A stretch of DNA of 63,460 bases, filler included. It is 5 parts of 5 records of this genome, joined end to end, with 100 filler letters (N's around TTAATTAATTAA, not from the genome) between each part and the next. Parts side by side here need not be neighbours in the genome. Positions count along the whole stretch, not along the records: positions 1 to 10,236 come from SRR31156797_10563; 4 more parts are not named here. One strand, given 5' to 3'. The notes below the pieces were generated by a model. It saw only the letters and a program-made list of their open reading frames with translations, was not told the origin of the DNA and did no database searches. Below, piece after piece: positions 1-10,336 of this stretch (the stretch's first letter is position 1; each line of letters begins with the position of its first letter). Position numbers and translations under genes: made by a program.

Positions 1-1178
1 GTTTTACCATGATCAACATGTCCCATAATAGTAACTACAGGAGGTCGTGATACATAGTTAGACGTATCAATCTCTTCATCATGATACTCTTCAACATAAT
101 TTACATCTTCAAGTTCATCTTTTACAGTAATCTCAATTCCATACTCTTCACCAAGGATCTCTAACTCATCTGCTCCAAGGAAGTCATTTTTAGTCACCAT
201 CATACCAAGCATAAAAAGTTTACCAATAACATCACCTGTTGTTTTATTGATTTTCTCAGCAAACTCATATACCCTACACTCTTCAGGAATTGTTACTGCT
301 GTGATCTCTTCTTCAACTGTTGCTTTTTTATATTTCTTTTTCTTTTTCCCTCTTTTTAATCCACGAGGTTGATTTCCAAAAGCACTTGGTTTAGTTGTTC
401 GTATACTTTTTGGCTTTGGAGTTTCTTGTAAAAACTTTGAAGTTTCAGTCAATCCAAGATCAAGTAAAACAACCTCTTCACCCATAAGTGATTCATCTGA
501 TTCTTTAAAATCTTCTCCATCACTATGACCTTCGATTGCTAACTTTTTACCATGTTCATGTGCTTTAGCAGCTTGTTTTTTATGCTGTTTTCTTGACCTA
601 GGTGTATAGTCTTCTTGAAGATCAGCGCTTGCTCCAAAAAGTTCACTCATAGAAGCCATTTTCTGCTTTTTCGATTGTGGTGCTTGTATTTTTGGTGGTG
701 TAGTATCTACTTTTGGTTTTTTCTTTTTAACAATAGTTAAACCTCTTTTTTTCAATACCACTTTATCTGGTTTATCTGCATTTTTGTTTGAAGGCTTTGC
801 AGCTTCTTTTTTTGGCTCCTCTTTTTTAGGTGCTTCAACTGTAGTTTCTTTTTTAGGAGTTACTATTTTAGGTTCAGGTTTTTTTTGTTCAACTGTTTTT
901 TCTACTTTAGAAACAGTTTTAGAACTCTCTTTTTTGTCTTCTTTCACTTTTTTTGTTACTGCAGTATCTTTTTTTACTGGCTTTGGTGACTCTTTTTTAG
1001 CTTGTAGTTTATTCTCACCTGTCATAATATATTCTGCAATTTGTTCCGCTTGTTCAAAAGTTACAGTTGTCTGCGGGGATTTTAATACAATCCCTAAATC
1101 AGCAGCTTTTTTTATTACCTCTGCACTTGTAGAACCAGCTTCTTCAGCTACTTCAAACACTCTTACTTTATCATCCAT
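1..1178 (-). CDS. infB: Translation initiation factor IF-2, N-terminal part (runs off the window start)
   Basis: Not in the ORF track; read manually. ATG at 1178 gives MDDKVRVFEVAEEAG..., then a Lys-rich linker, in frame with RPPVVTIMGHVDHGKT (IF-2 G1 motif) at the window edge. Follows ylxR as usual. Confidence 0.96.
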   Translation of the reverse strand, partial: MDDKVRVFEVAEEAGSTSAEVIKKAADLGIVLKSPQTTVTFEQAEQIAEYIMTGENKLQAKKESPKPVKKDTAVTKKVKEDKKESSKTVSKVEKTVEQKKPEPKIVTPKKETTVEAPKKEEPKKEAAKPSNKNADKPDKVVLKKRGLTIVKKKKPKVDTTPPKIQAPQSKKQKMASMSELFGASADLQEDYTPRSRKQHKKQAAKAHEHGKKLAIEGHSDGEDFKESDESLMGEEVVLLDLGLTETSKFLQETPKPKSIRTTKPSAFGNQPRGLKRGKKKKKYKKATVEEEITAVTIPEECRVYEFAEKINKTTGDVIGKLFMLGMMVTKNDFLGADELEILGEEYGIEITVKDELEDVNYVEEYHDEEIDTSNYVSRPPVVTIMGHVDHGK

Positions 1179-1410
1179 TCCTTAGTATCTCCTCCAATTG
1201 ACCTTTATAGTCATCTTTATTTTTACACTCTCTGTATAAAACTTTTTCCAGTTTATTATTGTTTTCTAAACATTCTTTGCAAAGATAAAAACTTCTACCA
1301 TTCCCTGTAAAAAGTATTAATTTTTTATCAATACATTGTAATCTTATTAATTCTATTTGAGATAATTTTGATCTACAACTTATACAAGTTCTTACTGGTT
1401 TTTTCGACAT
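1171..1410 (-). CDS. YlxR/DUF448-family RNA-binding protein
   Basis: PVRTCISCR and GRSFYLC motifs; directly upstream of infB. Confidence 0.88.
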   Translation of the reverse strand: MSKKPVRTCISCRSKLSQIELIRLQCIDKKLILFTGNGRSFYLCKECLENNNKLEKVLYRECKNKDDYKGQLEEILRNG

Positions 1411-1426
1411 TTTAGCTAAACTGAAC

Positions 1427-2308
1427 TTAATCTTTTACACTAACACCAATATTATCAAAGTCTGCAACTATCACTCTAAAGTGTGGGAAATGCTCCTCAA
1501 ACTTCTTCACTAGCTTTGTAGCATCTCTTTCATATACCATATTAAAAAAGGTTGAACCACTCCCTGAGAGAGTGCTCATAAGAGCTCCATTTCGTAGAGC
1601 AACCTTTTGAACTGCAAACAATTCAGGCATCTGTTTCATTCTATAATATTGATGAAACCTATCTTTTGAAGCTTTTTTTAACATTCTCCAATCTTCACTC
1701 ATAAATGCAGCTGTTAATAACGAACTATGAGAAATATTAAAAATCGCATCCTCTTTCGTGTACTTAAAAGGAAGTGTTTTTCTTGATTGATTTGTTGAAA
1801 TTGGTCTATTTGGAATCACTACAACTGCTTTTAAACTTGATGGAATATTTTTTTTAATAAAAAACACTTCATTATCATTAATGGTAGCCACTGTAAATCC
1901 ACCCATTACTGCTGGAGTAATATTATCAGGATGAGATTCGTAACTTAAAGCTAAATTTAAAAGCTTTTTATTTGGTAATTCTATTTTCTCAATGGCATAT
2001 GCTGAAGCTATTGCACTAATAATTACTGCACTACTACTTCCTAACCCACGAGATAGAGGAATTGAGTTTGTAAACTCAAATCGAAACTGTTGCTTTGAAT
2101 TTGAAAGGTTTTGATGAAAGTCATTAAAAGTAGAGATAAACATATTGTTATCTTTTAGTTTTGGATTATTTGCCCCTTCCCCTTTTAATGAAACACTATG
2201 AAACTTTGCAGGTTTGATCATCACTTCATTTCTAATATTAAGGGCTATTCCTAGAGTATCAAACCCTGGCCCTAAATTAGCACTTGTTGCTGGAACACTT
2301 ATTGTCAT
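1427..2308 (-). CDS. thrB: Homoserine kinase
   Basis: [23 protein letters not shown] (GHMP kinase motif), HPDN, LSGSGST. Confidence 0.97.
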   Translation of the reverse strand: MTISVPATSANLGPGFDTLGIALNIRNEVMIKPAKFHSVSLKGEGANNPKLKDNNMFISTFNDFHQNLSNSKQQFRFEFTNSIPLSRGLGSSSAVIISAIASAYAIEKIELPNKKLLNLALSYESHPDNITPAVMGGFTVATINDNEVFFIKKNIPSSLKAVVVIPNRPISTNQSRKTLPFKYTKEDAIFNISHSSLLTAAFMSEDWRMLKKASKDRFHQYYRMKQMPELFAVQKVALRNGALMSTLSGSGSTFFNMVYERDATKLVKKFEEHFPHFRVIVADFDNIGVSVKD

Positions 2309-2322
2309 TTATATCCTTCTAT

Positions 2323-2784
2323 TTAAATTGCAGGAAGATTATAGTTTGGTAAAGAGTCTATTGAAAAAAACTCTTTATTTAAAACCTCAGGTAGTACAAA
2401 ATCTTCTATTAAATTATCTTCATCTAAAAAGTCAATCTTTATTGTACCATCATGCTGTTTAAAAAAATACTTTTTTCCTAAAGCTTTAATTGGCGACTTA
2501 TTATTAAAAGCAAATCCGTCTGCTGCAAATAGAGTGATATTTTGAACAATACAAAGAGTTTGTAAAAAGAGATATGCTACTTTAATAGCCATATAACTCC
2601 CTGGACCATTTACATAATAAATATTATCTAAAGTATATTCTTGTAAGATATTTTGAAAAGTGCTTGGAAGGATATCACTAGTTTTTCCTTCCATCTGATA
2701 TACTCTAATTAACTTAGATTCTTGATAGATCCCGATCAATAGAGGAGAACTAAGAGTAATTACTAAAACATCAACATTTTTCAT
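2323..2784 (-). CDS. TsaB-like (inactive glycoprotease M22) t6A biosynthesis protein, short Campylobacterota form
   Basis: YVNGPGSYMAIK resembles the TsaB GPGSxTG motif; lies between lpxC and thrB as in Campylobacterota. Confidence 0.75.
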   Translation of the reverse strand: MKNVDVLVITLSSPLLIGIYQESKLIRVYQMEGKTSDILPSTFQNILQEYTLDNIYYVNGPGSYMAIKVAYLFLQTLCIVQNITLFAADGFAFNNKSPIKALGKKYFFKQHDGTIKIDFLDEDNLIEDFVLPEVLNKEFFSIDSLPNYNLPAI

Positions 2785-3680
2785 TATGCTGTAGCGTATG
2801 CCTTTTGAAGTACTTGAACCTTCTCTTCAACTTCATCAAGATCTATAATTTCAAAGTTTTCTGGAGATTCCAATAGTTTTTTTGTCAAAAGATGATTTAA
2901 ATAGTGGCTACCTGCATGGGCTTTATATTCACCAACCATGGTATACCCTAATAAAGACATATCCCCAATAGCATCCAAGATCTTATGTCTTACAAACTCG
3001 TCATTGTAACGTAAGCCCTCAGGATTTAAAACCTTTTGATCATCTAAAACTATTGCATTTTCTAAGCTTCCACCTTGGGCTAATCCTATACTTCTTAAGT
3101 ATTGTACCTCATGTAAAAAACCAAAGGTCCTTGCACGGCTAATATTCTCTTTATATTCATCAATAGAATAATCAAAATGAAAACTCTGCTCCCCTATAAC
3201 AGGATGGTCAAAATTGATTGAGAAATCATAAATAATATGATTAGAGGGTTTAAGTTTTACAAACTTATTATCAACTTTCACTTCAATCTCTTTTTTAATG
3301 ACTAAAGCTTTTTTACTTTTTTCTTGTTCTTTTATTCCCACCTCTTCTAAAAGCATACAAAATCCACTGCTACTTCCATCTAAAATAGGTACTTCATCAT
3401 TATCTACTGTAATTCGAAGGTTATCAATTCCATAGGCATAAATTGCTGAAAGAAGATGTTCTATAGTTGAAACTACAACCCCATCTTTTCCTATCACTGT
3501 TGCCATTTTTGTATCAATAACATTTTCTGGAGTCAAAGGGATACTCACCGCTTCATCTGTTCTATAAAAAATAATCCCCATATTGTCATCCAAAGGTTCA
3601 AGTTTCATTTTAACAGGAACCCCTTTATGCAGACCTACTCCTACAACCTCTACTTCTTTTTTTATAGTTCTTTGTTTCAT
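2784..3680 (-). CDS. lpxC: UDP-3-O-acyl-N-acetylglucosamine deacetylase
   Basis: MKQRTI..GVGLHKG, TIEHLLSA, ARTFGF and RHKILDAIGD Zn-binding motifs. Confidence 0.98.
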   Translation of the reverse strand: MKQRTIKKEVEVVGVGLHKGVPVKMKLEPLDDNMGIIFYRTDEAVSIPLTPENVIDTKMATVIGKDGVVVSTIEHLLSAIYAYGIDNLRITVDNDEVPILDGSSSGFCMLLEEVGIKEQEKSKKALVIKKEIEVKVDNKFVKLKPSNHIIYDFSINFDHPVIGEQSFHFDYSIDEYKENISRARTFGFLHEVQYLRSIGLAQGGSLENAIVLDDQKVLNPEGLRYNDEFVRHKILDAIGDMSLLGYTMVGEYKAHAGSHYLNHLLTKKLLESPENFEIIDLDEVEEKVQVLQKAYATA

Positions 3681-5062
3681 GAGCGCTCATCTATTTGTTT
3701 TTTTGCATCATTTAAAATATTTGTTATACGTGTTTTGATCCAAAAATTATCCATCCATTCTAAAGGATTTACCTCTACCCCTTGTATCAATACCCCAAAG
3801 TGTAAGTGGTCACCAAAAACAGCACCAGTTGCCCCTGTTCTTGCTATTTTATTCCCTTTGCTTAGGGTTTGACCTAATTCAACATTTTGAGAACTTGTAT
3901 GAGCATAGAGTGTTCCTAATCCCATTCCATGATCCACAATAATAGTATTCCCATATAATCCTAAATAGTTATTAAAAATAACTTCTCCATCATTTGAAAC
4001 ATAAACTGGAGCTTTTTTAACACTCGCCCAATCAATTCCTAAATGCCACGCTTCATTAATTTTTTCTCCATCAAGATAATAGTGTCTTCTCTCACCATAT
4101 CCTGCAACTGTTTTAGACCCACTTAGTCTTTTAAAAGATCTAATTGTTTTTACATCTTCTACACTTTGAGATTTCATAGAATCAAGCATCACTTTTTCAA
4201 TTGTTGCAACATTTTTAGCTCTCAAATCCTGATTAGAAGCTATAAAAATATCTTTTACTGATGCAGGAATTGCTTCACCACTTTGTTCTAATACACTGAC
4301 GCTCACATTATTGATAAACTTTTCTGATAAAGTAATATCATCAGTTTTTATCTTTTTACTTTGGATATAAAAAGGCACTTTTGTTATTGTGATATTTTGT
4401 GCTTTATCAGTAGCAACTAAATTGACCCTATGAAACTCTTCAAAATCAATAGGCCATGCAACTAATGCCATATAGTAGCCTTTTTTATAATAAGGGAGTA
4501 GTTCAAAACGCTTTTCATCATTAAAAGAGATATATGCATCTTCAAGGTTTTCATCTTCAACCTTTACTACAACTGCTGCACTTCCACCTCTTTGAATATA
4601 TCTTGAGTTTGATAATACATTAGCCTTTGGTTTTCTACTATCAATTATAAGGTCGACTTTTTTAAACCCTTTATTACCCTCTAAAAAGTTCCATTTACTA
4701 TTATCAACAACCTCTATCACTAAAGATGTATCTTTTCCTTTATAGAAAATATCAAGTTTTGGAGGTGGTATTTCAAGAGTAACACTCTTTTGTACATCGT
4801 TAAATACATTTTCTAAAAGTAAAGTCTCTTTTTGTCCATCTCGAAAACTCACTTTGTAGTATTTAATACCACTTTCATCTTCAAGTTTTATTTGTATTGG
4901 TGTTTTTATATTCCAATAGATCTGGTTTTGTGCATATATGTGAGGTTTATTTTGTTCAAAAGCAGGAGAGAGATAAAGGAAACCTGCTCCACCTAATGAA
5001 AGTATTATGATCATTAAAAACAGTATCTTTAAAAAGTTATTATTTCTTTTTTTTAGTTGCAA
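3677..5062 (-). CDS. M23 family metallopeptidase with N-terminal membrane anchor
   Basis: HLGID (HxxxD), LYAH and GDHLHF (HxH) motifs; N-terminal hydrophobic helix; TTG start. Confidence 0.92.
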   Translation of the reverse strand: MQLKKRNNNFLKILFLMIIILSLGGAGFLYLSPAFEQNKPHIYAQNQIYWNIKTPIQIKLEDESGIKYYKVSFRDGQKETLLLENVFNDVQKSVTLEIPPPKLDIFYKGKDTSLVIEVVDNSKWNFLEGNKGFKKVDLIIDSRKPKANVLSNSRYIQRGGSAAVVVKVEDENLEDAYISFNDEKRFELLPYYKKGYYMALVAWPIDFEEFHRVNLVATDKAQNITITKVPFYIQSKKIKTDDITLSEKFINNVSVSVLEQSGEAIPASVKDIFIASNQDLRAKNVATIEKVMLDSMKSQSVEDVKTIRSFKRLSGSKTVAGYGERRHYYLDGEKINEAWHLGIDWASVKKAPVYVSNDGEVIFNNYLGLYGNTIIVDHGMGLGTLYAHTSSQNVELGQTLSKGNKIARTGATGAVFGDHLHFGVLIQGVEVNPLEWMDNFWIKTRITNILNDAKKQIDERS

Positions 5063-5104
5063 TTTTGTCCTTTTGTAACTAGATTTTTTGGGATAATACC
5101 ATAT

Positions 5105-6532
5105 TTATGGTTTAGATTTTATATAGTGTAACTCATTGTAGCCTTGTTTTCTCTTTTTATAGCTACTTAATGCAAATTTATTATGTATATCTAATAAATC
5201 TAAAGCCAAACAATCCTTCCCACCACGACCAATTCTTCCTAAGTATTGTACCAATCTTCCATAATAAGATATGGGCGTTGCAAAGATAATGGTATCAAGA
5301 TGAGGAAAATCAATCCCTTCTCCAAAATACGAGGTTGTAGCTAGTACTAAAGAGCTTTGTTCTATAAGTTTTAGATTTTTTTGCTGCTCCTCTTTATTTA
5401 AACTTCCATGAATTGTAATAAACTCTATATTTTCATATTTTAATAAAAGCTCAAGATTTTCAATATGCTCTATTCTATCACTTAAAAGTAATATTTTTCT
5501 TTGTTTATACTCTTTGATAAGCTCTATAATTAAATTGTTTCTTTGTTCATTATTGGCTATTTGAGTAATAAGTTCACTAAAATTGTCCACATCACTTATA
5601 AACTCTGTTTCTATTATTTTATACTCTTTTTTCCCTGATCTTTTTTGTTTTTGCTCATAAGCGATCTGTCCAAGTTGTTGATATAAAAGAGGCTCCATCC
5701 CATCTTTTCTATTAGGAGTTGCACTAAGTCCTAAAATATATTTTCCACAAAATTGTTTAATTATCGATTCGAAAGTAAGTGCTGGGATATGATGACACTC
5801 ATCAACTATCACAAAAGAATACTTTTTTATAGTCTCTGGAGTATTCTTTAAACTTTGCATTGTAGCTACATCAATAGCTCCTGTCAGTTTATTTTTACCC
5901 TTTCCCAAATACCCTATTTGTTGTTTCTCTATCTTAAAATATTCACTAAATCTCTCTATCCATTGATCTAAAAGGAGGTTTTTATTTACCATCACTAAAG
6001 TATTTACTCTTCTTAGCTCAATCATTTTAGCCCCAATCACTGTTTTTCCAAATCCTGGGGCTGCAACACAAATTGCAAAATCTTTTTTTGAAAGCTCAGT
6101 AATAACTTTTTCTTGTTCATCTCGTAAGATAAGCGTAAATTCTGGAGTCTCAATCGATTTAATAAAACGATTATCAGTATATGTGTAGTCTAAATTATGC
6201 CTTGATAAAAGCTCAATAACACTTCTCATTAAACCTCTTGGTAAAGTAAGTAGAGAGCCTTTTAGAGAAAAGCTTTGTATTTTATATGGAGTATTATAAA
6301 TAGGTTTTCGTAGACGCTTTAAAGTTTCAATTTGCGGGTTATCAAAAGTAGCTAACTCTTTTAATTGATCAATGATATTTTTAGGAAGTTTTTCTGTATT
6401 GATATAGATCTTATCAGATAGCTCTATAAAGTTTTTTGCAAGTTTTTTTTGCTTATTTTCTAGACTTTTGATCTCTTTTTCAAGCTGTTCTTTTTGTTTA
6501 TAAAGATCATTAAGCCTTTGTTCTATATCCAT
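5105..6532 (-). CDS. Superfamily 2 (DEAD/DEAH-box, ResIII-like) helicase
   Basis: Walker A APGFGKT, DECH, SAT, GEGID and QYLGRIGR motifs. Confidence 0.92.
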   Translation of the reverse strand: MDIEQRLNDLYKQKEQLEKEIKSLENKQKKLAKNFIELSDKIYINTEKLPKNIIDQLKELATFDNPQIETLKRLRKPIYNTPYKIQSFSLKGSLLTLPRGLMRSVIELLSRHNLDYTYTDNRFIKSIETPEFTLILRDEQEKVITELSKKDFAICVAAPGFGKTVIGAKMIELRRVNTLVMVNKNLLLDQWIERFSEYFKIEKQQIGYLGKGKNKLTGAIDVATMQSLKNTPETIKKYSFVIVDECHHIPALTFESIIKQFCGKYILGLSATPNRKDGMEPLLYQQLGQIAYEQKQKRSGKKEYKIIETEFISDVDNFSELITQIANNEQRNNLIIELIKEYKQRKILLLSDRIEHIENLELLLKYENIEFITIHGSLNKEEQQKNLKLIEQSSLVLATTSYFGEGIDFPHLDTIIFATPISYYGRLVQYLGRIGRGGKDCLALDLLDIHNKFALSSYKKRKQGYNELHYIKSKP

Positions 6533-6537
6533 AGAAT

Positions 6538-6954
6538 TTATTCATCATGTTGAATATATTTTTCATTTATTTGTAGTTTATTATATTGACTACTCAAAGT
6601 TGAGTTTCTCTTTTTCCCTTCCCCTTCAAAAATACCATTTTGCTCAATAACTAGTTCATTGTATTGAATCTTTCCAAGTACTTTTCCAAAACCTAAAATA
6701 TTGATCTGTTCCACTTCAAAAAGTCCATCAGCCATACCATTTACAGTAAGAACCTTTGCCCGAATCTCCCCTAATACTTCCCCATTTTTTCCTATAGTTA
6801 CATCTTGCGATGCTACTAATATTCCCTCAAATCTTCCATCTATAAAAATAGATCCTTTTGTATCTATCATCCCTTTAAAGGTTGTACCTTTATTGATTAC
6901 TGTTGTGCCAGTTTGTGATTTTGATTGCTTATCAGATTTACTAAAGATTCCCAC
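6538..6954 (-). CDS. Bactofilin (polymer-forming cytoskeletal protein, CcmA-like)
   Basis: TVINKGTTFKG..IFIDGRFEG..VTIGKNGEVLGEI beta-helix repeats; GTG start overlaps the upstream M23 gene. Confidence 0.9.
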   Translation of the reverse strand: MGIFSKSDKQSKSQTGTTVINKGTTFKGMIDTKGSIFIDGRFEGILVASQDVTIGKNGEVLGEIRAKVLTVNGMADGLFEVEQINILGFGKVLGKIQYNELVIEQNGIFEGEGKKRNSTLSSQYNKLQINEKYIQHDE

Positions 6955-7772
6955 TCTACTCTCCTTTGTTTTTCAAATACTTGCTCGTAGTTTTTCATAT
7001 TCCATGTAATAAAATTCTCTGGATTTAATAATCTACTTGCATATCTTACCTCATAATGAAGATGAGGACCATTACTACGTCCACTATTTCCACTTCTCGC
7101 GATCTGTTGACCTTTTTTTACTACATCTCCAACTTTAACATCAGTAAAACGAAGATGTCCGTATACAGTTTCAAACCCAAAGTTATGAGCAATAATAACT
7201 ACTCTTCCAAAAGTCCCTTCATTTTTATCTTGCACATATCTTACAACTCCATCGGCTGTTGCATATACTGGTGTTCTTCTTTTGGCTCGAAGATCTGTTC
7301 CTTTGTGATAATCTCTTTTTCTTGAAATAGGATGGGTTCGCCAACCAAACTTTGAAGTTATAGTACACTCTTTTAAAGGACACTCACTTGGAATAGTTTG
7401 TAACATATAAGATTTTTGCGCTGATGTTAATTTTGCTAATGTAGCTCTTTGAATAAGATTGATGTCATCCTCATTATTTATCCCAATTATATCTTCAATA
7501 TCATCAAGTTTTTCACCAAGCTCTTCAATCTTTGCTTTTTTCTCTTCAATCTCTTGGTTGTATTTATAATTTTCTTGTGTAAGTAACTCTCTATCGTTAC
7601 TCAGCTGATCTACCTCTTGGACAAGTTTAGTAATTACAAAAAAACTAAGACTCACTACTAATAAAGTGATTAGTAGCGCCCAAAGAAAGATTTTTTTTAT
7701 AACTTTATTTATATTATAAGATTTAGACGTATTTACATCGGAAACAGTAATTATCAGTCTATTTTTCTTCAT
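6897..7772 (-). CDS. M23 peptidoglycan DD-endopeptidase (Csd1-like)
   Basis: TM helix, coiled coil, HKGTD and GPHLHYE motifs; folC-M23-bactofilin order as in the Helicobacter csd/ccmA locus. Confidence 0.88.
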   Translation of the reverse strand: MKKNRLIITVSDVNTSKSYNINKVIKKIFLWALLITLLVVSLSFFVITKLVQEVDQLSNDRELLTQENYKYNQEIEEKKAKIEELGEKLDDIEDIIGINNEDDINLIQRATLAKLTSAQKSYMLQTIPSECPLKECTITSKFGWRTHPISRKRDYHKGTDLRAKRRTPVYATADGVVRYVQDKNEGTFGRVVIIAHNFGFETVYGHLRFTDVKVGDVVKKGQQIARSGNSGRSNGPHLHYEVRYASRLLNPENFITWNMKNYEQVFEKQRRVEWESLVNLISNQNHKLAQQ

Positions 7773-7773
7773 A

Positions 7774-8898
7774 CTATTTATTATATTCCTTTAAAAATTG
7801 TTCTACCACACTAAATGAGCCGAATACAAGATATTCTTTATTATCTTCTAGTTTACTTCTATCAAAATCAATACATTCAATATCTATACCTTGAATATAC
7901 TCTTTTAATATGTTTGAAGAGATAATTCTTTTATCAAAACATGGAATTATTTGTATCTGTTGCAGATATGGTTTTAAAAGCTTTAAAATGCTTTTATAAT
8001 CTTTATCATCAAAACAATTATAGATTAAAATAACTTTTTTTTGAAGCTGTTTTAATTGTTCTACAATTTCCCTTGCAGCTAAGGGATTATGACCCACATC
8101 AATGATAATATTCTCTTTATAATACTCAAATCTTCCTTTTAATTTAGGAAATTGATAATTATTTATATCAATTTTTAAAAAATTAAGCACATTTAATGCT
8201 ACTAAAAAATTATTCTTTAAGAATTGAGGAAGCTTCATTGTATCTATAGTATGATCAAGCTCTTTGAATACCAGCTCTTCTTTCTCTTTTAAAACTTTAT
8301 TTTTTATTTCAATGATTTCATCATAAACTTGAGGAGCCAGAATAAATCTTGTATCACAACTCTTCATTTTAGTAGTTGCTATCTCCTCTATGGTATCTCC
8401 TAAAAAGCTTTGATGATCATATCCCATAGGAGTAAATACACTTAAATCATTTTTTACTACATTTGTCGCATCAAACTCCCCACCAAGTCCAGCTTCTAAT
8501 ACTAAATACTCTTTTTTATCACTTAAAACAAAAGCTAAAAGTGTGGTATATTCAAAATAGGTAAGTTTTTTTAAATACTCTTTTTTTAGATGAGTTTGTA
8601 AAACCTGATGTGCCTTTTCAAGCTCCTCATCTGCTATATCTTCTCCATCTATCCAGATTCTCTCATTAAATTTTAATATATGAGGTGAACTATAATGAAG
8701 TACACTTTTTTTTGCCTGATGTAATAAAGTAGCAATATATCGACCAGTGCTCCCTTTCCCATTTGTTCCAACAATATGAATAATATAAGGAAGAGTGAGT
8801 AAAGATTGAAGAGAGTCCCAAGATTCTTTTATTATAGAATAATCAATTTTATCATAATATAACGATTTATCATTTAAAAAAGATTCTAAAGAGCTTAT
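7774..8898 (-). CDS. folC: Folylpolyglutamate synthase/dihydrofolate synthase (extended upstream of the ORF-track start)
   Basis: The frame stays open for 157 codons upstream of the called ATG at 8427. It contains IHIVGTNGKGST, YSSPHI..FNERI, TYFE and EAGLGGEFDATN; DVGHNP lies downstream. The likeliest start is ATA at 8898. Confidence 0.93.
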   Translation of the reverse strand: MSSLESFLNDKSLYYDKIDYSIIKESWDSLQSLLTLPYIIHIVGTNGKGSTGRYIATLLHQAKKSVLHYSSPHILKFNERIWIDGEDIADEELEKAHQVLQTHLKKEYLKKLTYFEYTTLLAFVLSDKKEYLVLEAGLGGEFDATNVVKNDLSVFTPMGYDHQSFLGDTIEEIATTKMKSCDTRFILAPQVYDEIIEIKNKVLKEKEELVFKELDHTIDTMKLPQFLKNNFLVALNVLNFLKIDINNYQFPKLKGRFEYYKENIIIDVGHNPLAAREIVEQLKQLQKKVILIYNCFDDKDYKSILKLLKPYLQQIQIIPCFDKRIISSNILKEYIQGIDIECIDFDRSKLEDNKEYLVFGSFSVVEQFLKEYNK

Positions 8899-9404
8899 TG
8901 TTTTTCCTTTAAGTTATTAAGAGCAATTTTTGTAAAGACTTTTTTAAGAGCTTTGCTTGTGGCTTCAGTAATCGCTTTATCTTTTCTTTTATCACTTAGC
9001 TGAGCATTGTCTGCCACTGTATAGTCAGCAAAATCACTTACAGAAAAGCTTCTTACTTTGTTGTCTTTTTTCTCGTACTTCACAGTAATATTTACTCTGA
9101 TTCTATATTTTTTAGTATATCCCTCGTCATCTGAAGTAAGAGCAGTTTGAGAAATATGAGGTAAAGAGAGATATACTTTTGTATCTGCTAAATCTTTATC
9201 ACTCGTAAGCTTTCTTCCTAAATCTCCAATGATCAATCGATTCATTGTATCTTTTAATAACACTGAGTCACTTGAACTATCAATATTTACATTAAGATGT
9301 ACATATACAAGTCCTTGAATCTCCTCTTTTGCATAATATGATACTGGCTTATACCCACATCCTACAAAAAAAACAATGCAAAAAAGAAGAACAAATTTTT
9401 TCAA
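8895..9404 (-). CDS. lptE: LPS assembly lipoprotein LptE
   Basis: Lipobox FVGC followed by GYKP; lies directly after leuS. Confidence 0.82.
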   Translation of the reverse strand: MKKFVLLFCIVFFVGCGYKPVSYYAKEEIQGLVYVHLNVNIDSSSDSVLLKDTMNRLIIGDLGRKLTSDKDLADTKVYLSLPHISQTALTSDDEGYTKKYRIRVNITVKYEKKDNKVRSFSVSDFADYTVADNAQLSDKRKDKAITEATSKALKKVFTKIALNNLKEKQ

Positions 9405-9406
9405 AA

Positions 9407-10236
9407 TTATCCTTTAACTACAATATTTACAAGTTTATTTGGAACAACGATCTCTTTAATGATCTCTTTTGCTTCACACCATTTTTTAAAAATCTCACTT
9501 TGTTTTGCGATCTCTAATATCTCATCTTTAGAAGCAGATGGATCAACTTCAATCTCTCCACGTTTTTTCCCATTGATTGTAACAGCTAAAGAGATAGAGT
9601 CTTGAATAAATACCTCATCTTTTACCTCTAAAGGCTTTTCAAAGTTTGCCCGTGCAAAAAGTGACTCACTAATCTCCCAACAAGTATGAGGAATAATTGG
9701 CTCTAAAATATTACTCATTACATAATATCCCTCTAACCAAATTGTTGCATTTTCTTGTTTATTAAGGGCATTTAAAGCTTCCATACAAGCTGCAATCAAT
9801 GTATTAAATGCAAAAGTTTTATTCATCACCTCATCTGCTTTTTGTAAAGCCTCATATACTTTTTTTCTTGCTTCTTTTTCATTATCATTCAATGATGCTT
9901 GATCTATTCTTTCCATGAGTGACGCATTTGATCCCTCACATTTCGATGCACTTTCAAAGAATCTTCTAATAAATTTAAAAGCACCCTCAACTGCACTATC
10001 ATTCCACTCTAACTCTTTGGTTGGAGGTGCAGCAAAAAGGATAAATAATCTTGCCGTATCAGCTCCATATTTTGCAACGATCTCATCAGGATCTACTACA
10101 TTTCCTTTAGATTTTGACATCTTAGCACCATCTTTTAAAACCATCCCTTGGGTTAAAAGATGTGCAAATGGTTCACGTGAATTTGTATATCCTATTTGAT
10201 TTAATGCTTTTGTAAAAAATCTTGCATATAAAAGGT
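9407..10236 (-). CDS. leuS: Leucine--tRNA ligase, C-terminal part (truncated by the contig end)
   Basis: [33 protein letters not shown] and a C-terminal [11 protein letters not shown]; frame is open to the N gap. Confidence 0.96.
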
Positions 10237-10336
10237 NNNNNNNNNNNNNNNNNNNNNNNNNNNNNNNNNNNNNNNNNNNNTTAATTAATTAANNNNNNNN
10301 NNNNNNNNNNNNNNNNNNNNNNNNNNNNNNNNNNNN
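10237..10336. other. Artificial contig spacer (44 N + TTAATTAATTAA + 44 N)
   Basis: The same spacer occurs four times; the linker has stops in all six frames; flanking genes are truncated. Confidence 0.98.

Noticed and set aside
784-1185. Hydrophobic 133-aa plus-strand ORF, and similar shadow ORFs (e.g. 25505-25963, 42941-43492, 51564-52112, 54934-55380)
   Set aside because: They lie antisense to or out of frame with well-supported genes; the Phe/Ser richness mirrors Lys/Glu codons on the coding strand.
10281-10292. Recurrent TTAATTAATTAA palindrome (also in the other three gaps) as a biological repeat
   Set aside because: Always centred in 44+44 Ns; an artificial six-frame-stop linker.
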